This document shows, piece by piece, positions 25,128-31,429 of a stretch of DNA of 31,429 bases. Position 1 is the stretch's first letter. Every line of letters begins with the position of its first letter. The stretch comes from an uncultured Puniceicoccaceae bacterium. GTDB taxonomy: Bacteria; Verrucomicrobiota; Verrucomicrobiia; Opitutales; Seribacteraceae. Made by a program: the position numbers and the translations under genes. Under the pieces are notes generated by a model that worked only from the letters and a program-made list of their open reading frames with translations, had not been told where the DNA came from and searched no databases. The stretch covers positions 1-31,429 of the forward strand of contig CAZNWO010000021.1 in NCBI GenBank assembly GCA_964576585.1, in the 5' to 3' direction.

Positions 25128-26918
25128 ATGGAATTAGCCGTCATTGTTTCATTTATTCTAGTTATCCTGGGAACGCTTGTTTTCTTCTTTGCCCGTTACA
25201 AGCGTTGCCCATCGGACAAGATCCTTGTTATTTACGGTAAGACCGGAGGCGGAAGGTCGTCTAAGTGTATACATGGTGGCGCCGCTTTCATCGTGCCGCT
25301 GATCCAAGCTTCCGAATGGCTTGACCTTACCCCCATTCCCATCGAGATCAAGTTGGAGGGAGCCCTTTCCAAACAGAACATACGAGTAAATACGCCTTCC
25401 ACATTTACCGTGGGCATATCGACTGAAACAGGAGTCATGGAAAACGCCGCAGAGCGTCTGCTTGGTCAAAATATGAATCAGGTGCGTGAATTGGCCCGCG
25501 ATATCATATTTGGTCAGATGCGTGTGGTGATCGCCACCATGGACATCGAGGCCATCAATGCCGACCGGGATTTGCTCATCGAGAAGATCACCAACGGTGT
25601 AGAGGTTGAGCTGACGAAGGTCGGTCTTCGTCTCATCAACGTCAATATTCAGGATATCACCGACGAGTCCGGCTACATCCAGGCCCTCGGTAAGGAGGCA
25701 GCCGCTCGTGCCATCAATGAGGCCAAGGTAAGCGTGGCCCAGCGTGAACGTGATGGTGAAATCGGCAAGTCTGATGCCGAGCGCGAGCAACGTGTGCAGG
25801 TCTCCGCTGCCCAAGCTACTGCAGTCGAGGGTGAGAACTTGGCGAAGATTAAGGTCGCACAATCCGACGCCTCGCGTCGTGAGCAGGAAGCCGAGGCCGA
25901 ACGACTCGCCGGTGCCGCTGAAAAGGTGAAGGCCGCCCAAGCTCTAGAGGAAGCGTATGCTTCCGAGCAAGCTGCAGAACGTGCTCGTGCAGAACGTGAG
26001 CGAGCATCTCAACATGCGGATATTGTCGTTCCGGCTGAAATTGAGAAGGCCAAGATCGAGACCCTTGCTGAGGCGGATGCCGAGAAGACACGACGTCTGC
26101 GTAAGGGTGAGGCCGATGGTAATTTTGCAATAATGGAAGCGGACGCCAGAGGTACTCTCGCCGCACTGCAAAGCAAGGCGCAAGGCTTTGGCGACATCGT
26201 GCAATCGGCTGGTGGCGCCGACGAGGCAACCATCCTTCTGGTTACCGAACAATTGCCTCAACTCGTGGAAGAGCAGGTCAAGGCGATTGCCAACCTGCAG
26301 ATCGACAAGGTTACTGTTTGGGACTCGGGTAAAGGTGAAGGCGGAAAAAACGACACGGCTAACTTCGTGTCGGGCCTAGTGGGGGCCTTGCCGCCACTTC
26401 ACGAGCTTACCAAGAACGTTGGGATAGAGTTGCCGGAGTTCCTCGGAAAGCTCAGTGACAATCCAAGTGAGGCGGCAAAACTCCTCGAGTCCGCCAAATC
26501 CGGGAAAACCGAATCCAAGCCCTCCGGGTTGCAAACCAAGAAGGTTCGAGATTACGCTGAGTTGCGTGGGCCCTCCCCAAAGAAGTCGTCCCAATCCGGT
26601 AGTCCCCTTGCCCAAGTTCGCTCTTGGCTTACCGACAACGTCGATTTGATTAGCGCCTTTGATGAAAACCGTGACAACAAGATCGACTCAAAGGAACTGG
26701 AGAAAGCCGCCAACCTAGTCATCGAGTGGGGCAAGGCCGCCATTAAGGGCGATTCCGGTTGGTTCTATCTGGACGGAGCAAAGACTGTTGGTCCAGTAAG
26801 TTGGAAGGAAGTCGCGAAAAACCTGACAAATCGTCCCAACTCCTTCCTCACCAAAAAAGGCGCGCGGTTCTGGCTGCCCGGCGAAGTCATTCTACTGGCT
26901 ATTGAAGCCTTGGATTGA
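25128..26918 (+). CDS. Flotillin (SPFH/band-7) family protein with a C-terminal EF-hand-like loop and a DUF4339 (GYF-like) domain
   Basis: N-terminal TM helix. The SPFH core and a long Ala/Glu/Arg-rich coiled-coil (EAEAERLAGAAEKVKAAQALEEAYASEQAAERARAERE) are typical of flotillin/YqiK. The C-terminus adds DENRDNKIDSKE (26661-26696), which fits the 12-residue EF-hand loop pattern D-x-N-x-D-x-x-x-x-x-x-E. It also adds WFYLDGAKTVGPVSWKEV...ARFWLPGE (26760-26915), matching the bacterial GYF-like W(F/Y)..dG...GPvs..el motif of DUF4339. Confidence 0.85.
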   Translation: MELAVIVSFILVILGTLVFFFARYKRCPSDKILVIYGKTGGGRSSKCIHGGAAFIVPLIQASEWLDLTPIPIEIKLEGALSKQNIRVNTPSTFTVGISTETGVMENAAERLLGQNMNQVRELARDIIFGQMRVVIATMDIEAINADRDLLIEKITNGVEVELTKVGLRLINVNIQDITDESGYIQALGKEAAARAINEAKVSVAQRERDGEIGKSDAEREQRVQVSAAQATAVEGENLAKIKVAQSDASRREQEAEAERLAGAAEKVKAAQALEEAYASEQAAERARAERERASQHADIVVPAEIEKAKIETLAEADAEKTRRLRKGEADGNFAIMEADARGTLAALQSKAQGFGDIVQSAGGADEATILLVTEQLPQLVEEQVKAIANLQIDKVTVWDSGKGEGGKNDTANFVSGLVGALPPLHELTKNVGIELPEFLGKLSDNPSEAAKLLESAKSGKTESKPSGLQTKKVRDYAELRGPSPKKSSQSGSPLAQVRSWLTDNVDLISAFDENRDNKIDSKELEKAANLVIEWGKAAIKGDSGWFYLDGAKTVGPVSWKEVAKNLTNRPNSFLTKKGARFWLPGEVILLAIEALD

Positions 26919-28460
26919 TTCCTTCAGTTTCGCCAATAGGTTTTCGTCCAAGTACTTCTTGACCGTTCTTCTATCGATCTCAAGCCGTCTGGCGACCTCC
27001 TCGTACTTGCCTGTTCTCGAGTAGACCAAGGTGACGTAACGGGACTGGACTTCCTCCATGGTGAGCTTTCCCTTGCCGAGTTCCTCCTGGAGCTGCTCCT
27101 CGCTTGAGCCGGTTCCCCCTAGGTCTTCGGGATGGTATTCTCGATGGATCAAGACGTTTCTTACGCATTGCTGGAGTTCACGAAAGTTTCCCGGCCAAGC
27201 ATAATCCGGACCGAGTCTGCTGTTGATCCACGCACATGTTTCGGAGGTGAGCTCGGGAGCTTCGTCCGGTCCGGCTATTCTTTCTGCGACGAACCCGACT
27301 AGGTTTTCGAGCTCTTTGGAGGAACCATCCAGAGCCTCCGCCAAGGAAGGCGTCTGTATTCGGTTGGCGCAAAGCCGATAATAAAAGTCCTCTCGAAAAC
27401 GACCTTTCTTGATCTCCTCCTTCATCGACTTGTTGGTGGCTGCGATTACCTTGCCTTCGAACCTTGTGGGGCTGACTGCTCCAAGCCTCTGGAATCGTCT
27501 GGTTTGCAGTACTCTTAGCAACTTCACTTGGGCTTCAGGTTTCGTTTCGGTAATTTCGTCGAGAAAGACGGACCCGTAAGCACCGCATGTCTCGAAGAAA
27601 CCTTTTCTGTCCTGAAGGGCTCCTGTAAATGCGCCCTTGGAATGGCCGAACAGTTCGGATTCCAGAAGAGTTTCAGACAGGGCAGAAAGGTTTATAGGGT
27701 GGAACGCTCCAAGAAAGTCGGTTGCAAACCTGCCCGTCTTTTCGTCGAAAGGTATGAAGCGAGAAAGCCCAATCGCCCTTGCAACGAGTTCTTTCCCCGT
27801 GCCCGAGGGACCGCTTATCAAGGTTGTGACATCGGCCATTCTGCCGTAAAGAGACCGTTGGTAGCGAAGCATATCGTGCGTAAAGATGGATTCCCACACG
27901 CGAGCCCTTAGGTTTTCCATCGACGGAGAATTCCCAACAATGGCTCCAAAAATATTGTAAAAGGCTCTTCTTACCTGAAAAAAGACTGCAAAGAGGTGAG
28001 CGGGTGTAAAGCCTGTGGGAGAAAGGTTTTCCTCCTTTGGGAAAAACCACTCGAAGCGCATCTTGAAAGACCTGAAGTTTTTGGAGTAGTCCTGCTGGTC
28101 CGTTTCTCGTTCAAGGGCGAGATCGATTTTATCAATGAATGAATCGCGGACTTCGTCAAACAGTGTCAGAAATACCAAATCTCTATACAAATTGAATTCC
28201 CTTGCGGGCAGTTTCCCTTTCTTTCTTTTTGGGAGGATTGATGACCTTGCTTTTTCCGCAAGCTGTCCTGCGATTCCAAGTTTCGCCAAGTTTGGACTAA
28301 ATGTCCGCCTTTCGTACTCTCCGGGTTTACTGACTCTTGGAGTCTCGTAGTCTTTCCCCAGGATTTCTTTCTCAAGTTGCTTTCTTTTTGCTGAGAATGG
28401 ATTGCAGCCCAGAAGAGCGGCAAGTTTCTCGGCTACCTCACGTTCTGGATCTTTAAGCAT
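26892..28460 (-). CDS. Sigma-54-dependent transcriptional activator (bacterial enhancer-binding protein) without a receiver domain; unknown ~190-aa N-terminal sensory region
   Basis: AAA+ sigma-54 interaction domain with Walker A GPSGTGKE, ESELFGH, the GAFTGA loop, Walker B VFLDEI and FREDFYYRL. A C-terminal Fis-type HTH (RTGKYEEVARRLEIDRRTVKKYL) follows. No D-x-x-K receiver signature is present. Its 3' end overlaps the convergent flotillin gene by 27 nt. Confidence 0.85.
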   Translation of the reverse strand: MLKDPEREVAEKLAALLGCNPFSAKRKQLEKEILGKDYETPRVSKPGEYERRTFSPNLAKLGIAGQLAEKARSSILPKRKKGKLPAREFNLYRDLVFLTLFDEVRDSFIDKIDLALERETDQQDYSKNFRSFKMRFEWFFPKEENLSPTGFTPAHLFAVFFQVRRAFYNIFGAIVGNSPSMENLRARVWESIFTHDMLRYQRSLYGRMADVTTLISGPSGTGKELVARAIGLSRFIPFDEKTGRFATDFLGAFHPINLSALSETLLESELFGHSKGAFTGALQDRKGFFETCGAYGSVFLDEITETKPEAQVKLLRVLQTRRFQRLGAVSPTRFEGKVIAATNKSMKEEIKKGRFREDFYYRLCANRIQTPSLAEALDGSSKELENLVGFVAERIAGPDEAPELTSETCAWINSRLGPDYAWPGNFRELQQCVRNVLIHREYHPEDLGGTGSSEEQLQEELGKGKLTMEEVQSRYVTLVYSRTGKYEEVARRLEIDRRTVKKYLDENLLAKLKESIQGFNSQ

Positions 28461-28645
28461 CAAATGCGTTCCTCTTATTTAACTCTGTTTAAATGGGGCA
28501 AAACATTATCAATGGGGTCATTATGCATGCATTTTTTTACCATAGCCATGCTTAAAACGTCTGATTTATAAAAATCTAATTTTTGAATTTCAAGAATTAG
28601 TTTACTTTAATGCCTTCACTGCAACGGTTTGAGGAAAGTTTATTC

Positions 28646-28666
28646 TTTGGCGCCAAAATGGCATTA
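28646..28666 (+). promoter_or_regulatory. Candidate sigma-54 (-24/-12) promoter for the OlsF-like operon
   Basis: TTGGCGCC-AAAA-TGGCA compared with the consensus TGGCACG-N4-TTGCA. GG (28649-28650) and GC (28661-28662) have the exact N10 spacing. It lies ~130 nt upstream of ATG 28799 and is divergent from a sigma-54 activator gene. There are two mismatches to the consensus hexamers. Confidence 0.4.
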
Positions 28667-28798
28667 TTGAGAATATGTCATTTGAAAAAGATTCTAGCTT
28701 TAGTGGATTAATCTTTGACGCGTTTGTTACGCAAGTGATGCGCATCAGTCATTTAGTTGCCCTCGAATTCTCGGCAACAGTCTCCGGTGGACGGGTTC

Positions 28799-30631
28799 AT
28801 GGAGGGCGAAATGAGGGCTGAAAGTAATTCGAAACCACTTTCCGTAAAGGCATTCGAAGGTCGTGCCGTATCTGGAAAAATCTTAAACTTGTTTGGCAAA
28901 CGATTGGAAAGCTTTCTTTGCCTCGAGGAATTGAATGAGATTTACGATTCATCACTTAGTGACTTTTCGAGGTCGGATTGCAATTCCAGCTTGTTCGAAA
29001 ACATCTTAAGCAACTTGGGTGTCGAACTTGAGGTAGATGATGAGGGCATCGACAGGATACCGGCCGAAGGACCTTTGGTCGTGGTAGCCAATCATCCTTT
29101 TGGCGGTCTTGATGGTTTGGCGTTGGGTTGCTTACTGTCTAAAAGAAGGCCTGAATTCCGAATCTTGGTCAACTCGATCATCTCTTGCTTCGAGGCGTTT
29201 CGCCCATGGTTTCTTGAGGTAGACGTTCTCGACGAGGAAAGTGCTTCCTCAAAGAATGTGCGCTCCTTGCTTCAAGCACTAAGATGGATCAAGGACGGCG
29301 GTTGTCTGGCAGTCTTTCCTGCGGGTGAAGTTGCAAGCTGGAACTGGAGGTCGATGCGAGTCCAAGATCCTCAATGGAACTCACACGCGGCAGCCTTGGC
29401 TCTTCGGACCGGAGCAGTTACTCTTCCGGTAGGTTTTGAAGGGGCCAACGGGCCGCTCTTTCAAGGAGCAGGACTTATTCATCCTAGACTACGTACCTTG
29501 ATGCTCGGCAGGGAATTGTGGAACAAGCGGGAACGGACCATTCGGGCACATGTCGGTGAACCCATTACTGCGTCAAAATTAAGCGTTTTTCCTAGCGTCG
29601 AGGCCTCTACAAGGTTCCTTCGAGTTAGTGTAGATCTTCTCCGAAATTCCAACAAAAACTCTTTGGAAATGCCTTCTGCCGACAACAGGAACTTGCAGCC
29701 GCTGGAGCAGCCAATGGATCCGTCAATTCTTGCAAGGGAGATAAATCTTCTCCCTGAGAATGCAATTTTGAACAAAAAAGGCAATTTCTCGGTGTTCTGT
29801 ATCCAATCCCGCGATGCCCCAACCGTAATGCAGGAAATCGGGAGACTCAGAGAATTGACTTTCAGGTCCGTTGGGGAAGGCACGGGGCATGCTGCCGACC
29901 TTGACGACTATGATGACCATTACCACCAGATTTTTATTTGGGACGAGAAAGCTCGGGCCATTGCGGGTGGATATCGTGTTGGAGTGGTGCCTGAAATTCT
30001 TCCACAAATGGGAAAGAAGGGAATGTATGCAGCTTCCCAATTTGCCATTCGGCCTAGTTTTTATAAGGCGATTGGTCCTGCGGCTGAGCTTGGTCGTTCT
30101 TTCATCCCACCTGAATATCAGGTTAAGTTTTCGCTACTTGGCCTCCTGTGGCGCGGTATTGGAGAATTTCTCAACCGTAGGCCTAGCCTTCGCGTTTTGT
30201 ACGGCCCCGTCAGCATTTCGGCGGACTATTCTCAAATTTCCAGAAACTTGATGGTTCGTTATCTGCGAAGGAACGAATGGTCGCCCGGAATGTTACTTCG
30301 GGCTCGGCCGAAACATAGGTTTCGCGGTTCTCACCTTTCTCCTGCTCTCAAGAAATGGGTTCGAGAGGAAGGTCGCCGAATCGATGAGGTTTCAGCACTT
30401 GTATCTTGTCTTGAGCCCGATGGAAAAGGTGTTCCCGTTCTGGTTAAACATTACTTGAAGCTGAATGGGTCGTTCGTGAGCTTTGGAGTGGATCCGCATT
30501 TTTCGGATGCCTTGGACGGCTTGATCGTCGTGGACATCCACAATATGTCAGATGCGCAGCTAAAGCGCTATTTTGGACAAGACGGATTTGCTCGTATCCG
30601 CACAGCCCGCATAGCCATCGATAACACATAA
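28799..30631 (+). CDS. OlsF-like bifunctional acyltransferase: N-terminal PlsC/LPLAT-type O-acyltransferase domain plus C-terminal OlsB/GNAT-type N-acyltransferase domain (aminoacyl-lipid such as ornithine/glycine/lyso-lipid synthase)
   Basis: The N-terminal half has LVVVANHPFGGLDG (an H-x5-D variant of the HX4D acyltransferase motif) and LAVFPAGEV (FPxGE motif III). The C-terminal half (from ~residue 340) has an OlsB-like hemolysin/GNAT pattern (FRSVGEGTGHAADLDDYDDHYHQIFIWDEKARAIAGGYRV). ATG 28799 is the preferred start; the listed ORF begins at TTG 28757. Confidence 0.65.
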   Translation: MEGEMRAESNSKPLSVKAFEGRAVSGKILNLFGKRLESFLCLEELNEIYDSSLSDFSRSDCNSSLFENILSNLGVELEVDDEGIDRIPAEGPLVVVANHPFGGLDGLALGCLLSKRRPEFRILVNSIISCFEAFRPWFLEVDVLDEESASSKNVRSLLQALRWIKDGGCLAVFPAGEVASWNWRSMRVQDPQWNSHAAALALRTGAVTLPVGFEGANGPLFQGAGLIHPRLRTLMLGRELWNKRERTIRAHVGEPITASKLSVFPSVEASTRFLRVSVDLLRNSNKNSLEMPSADNRNLQPLEQPMDPSILAREINLLPENAILNKKGNFSVFCIQSRDAPTVMQEIGRLRELTFRSVGEGTGHAADLDDYDDHYHQIFIWDEKARAIAGGYRVGVVPEILPQMGKKGMYAASQFAIRPSFYKAIGPAAELGRSFIPPEYQVKFSLLGLLWRGIGEFLNRRPSLRVLYGPVSISADYSQISRNLMVRYLRRNEWSPGMLLRARPKHRFRGSHLSPALKKWVREEGRRIDEVSALVSCLEPDGKGVPVLVKHYLKLNGSFVSFGVDPHFSDALDGLIVVDIHNMSDAQLKRYFGQDGFARIRTARIAIDNT

Positions 30632-30647
30632 CATATAGGATAAAGAC

Positions 30648-31418
30648 ATGAGAAAAAACGATTCATTGCTTCTAATTACGCTATTCGCGACCTGCATCCT
30701 CTTTCTGTGCGGGTGCCAAACCCGGTCCATTTCAAATGTTGGAAGAGGTTCAGGCTATTATTCGAGAGGTGATTTTAAGGGTGAGCTGAGCGAGCTTTCG
30801 GTCTTGGGCGTCAAGCCTTCTGAGCAGGTTGAAAACACGGCAATCGTGGCTGCTTTGGCCGAACGCAAGAAAAGCGAGGTGGTTCTTGAACGTGGAGATG
30901 CAATCGCCGTCATTCAATCAGGAGCCCGCTTCCCCGATGATGATATGCTCGCCAACCTCGACCCGCTCGCTAAACTTATTCCCCTTTCCGGAGTGCCGCC
31001 GAGACCCTCTGGGCGTTATCGTCCTTGGGATGCAGAACAGAAAGATTCAGAACCTGTCCGTCTGGACAAGTCTCTTAGGCTGGCCGCAGCAAAAGGGGGA
31101 GCCAATAAACTTCTTGTCTATTGGGGTATTCTGGAATCTGCAGCTGAACCAGAGCAAGCCGCCAAGCAGCTTTCATGGATTCCCATTGTCGGACGAGTGG
31201 TTCCCGACGAGACCCAACACGTTCAAATTCGGATAAAAGCCGCCCTCATCGACGTCGCAACTGGGAATTGGATCATGCTTCGCTCCGAGCCTCTTCAGGA
31301 CAAAAGAATGAGTTCCCGGCTTACTCGGGAAAGCTCTGATCTTAGGCAGATTCTTGCACTCAAGGAAAAAGCCTACCGAAATTTCGCAGGTAATCTCAAA
31401 CAACGCTACGAACTCTGA
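30648..31418 (+). CDS. Hypothetical lipoprotein, probably co-transcribed with the OlsF-like gene (17-nt gap)
   Basis: MRKNDSLLLITLFATCILFLCGC is a signal peptide with lipobox-like LCGC. No recognisable family. It ends 11 nt before the window end. Confidence 0.55.
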   Translation: MRKNDSLLLITLFATCILFLCGCQTRSISNVGRGSGYYSRGDFKGELSELSVLGVKPSEQVENTAIVAALAERKKSEVVLERGDAIAVIQSGARFPDDDMLANLDPLAKLIPLSGVPPRPSGRYRPWDAEQKDSEPVRLDKSLRLAAAKGGANKLLVYWGILESAAEPEQAAKQLSWIPIVGRVVPDETQHVQIRIKAALIDVATGNWIMLRSEPLQDKRMSSRLTRESSDLRQILALKEKAYRNFAGNLKQRYEL

Positions 31419-31429
31419 GTAGTGATTGG

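Noticed and set aside
25158-25940. 260-aa minus-strand ORF
   Set aside because: Antisense to the flotillin SPFH domain. The flotillin assignment is strong.
28523-28532. ATGCATGCAT perfect palindrome as a stand-alone feature
   Set aside because: A 10-bp AT/GC alternating palindrome can easily arise by chance in a 300-bp AT-rich region. I mention it only as a possible enhancer site within the sigma-54 finding, not as a feature.
1-31429. Searched for CRISPR arrays, tRNA/rRNA genes, IS elements/transposases, integrases and long direct repeats
   Set aside because: No regularly spaced short direct repeats, no tRNA-like GC-rich cloverleaf segments (GTTCGAATC-type T-arms) in the intergenic regions, and no transposase- or integrase-like ORFs. 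I see no abrupt compositional island either. I could not compute GC skew or k-mer statistics, so subtle islands cannot be excluded.

Overview
The window holds 24 predicted protein-coding genes (one truncated at the left edge) and no rRNA, tRNA, CRISPR array, IS element, integrase or long nucleotide repeat. Gene content points to a chromosomal segment of a Planctomycetes-Verrucomicrobia-Chlamydiae (PVC) type bacterium. The evidence is a DUF1501 Tat protein, a DUF1080 protein, a giant PVC-type beta-propeller/HEAT/CxxCH-cytochrome protein, a PmoA/DUF6807 protein and many Tat- or Sec-targeted hydrolases. All family names are recalled from motifs seen in the ORF translations, not from a database search. 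The main blocks are listed below.

- 1-6824 (minus strand): a tightly packed five-gene cluster. It encodes a Tat amidohydrolase, an ABC ATPase, a large ABC-2 permease, a CehA/McbA-like metallohydrolase and a secreted alpha/beta-hydrolase.
- 6907-13326: a ceramidase-like hydrolase translationally coupled (ATGA) to a 1291-aa fusion of the PVC cytochrome-c dehydrogenase-like scaffold with a C-terminal esterase domain. A free-standing paralogous esterase lies convergent to it.
- 13461-22020: DUF1080, YfcH-like epimerase, DUF1501, PmoA-like, VanZ, FN3-repeat lipoprotein and Tat sugar-phosphate isomerase genes.
- 22080-26918: a solitary C5-cytosine DNA methyltransferase, followed by a four-gene membrane module. 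The module comprises an anchored hypothetical protein, a PqiA-like protein, a YqiJ/NfeD-like protein and a flotillin with a C-terminal EF-hand plus GYF-like (DUF4339) extension.
- 26892-31418: a receiver-less sigma-54 enhancer-binding protein, divergent from a candidate -24/-12 promoter that drives an OlsF-like bifunctional O-/N-acyltransferase (aminolipid synthase) and a lipoprotein.

The two most interesting candidates are the flotillin/EF-hand/GYF membrane module and the sigma-54-controlled aminolipid synthase locus. Neither can be proven from sequence alone.
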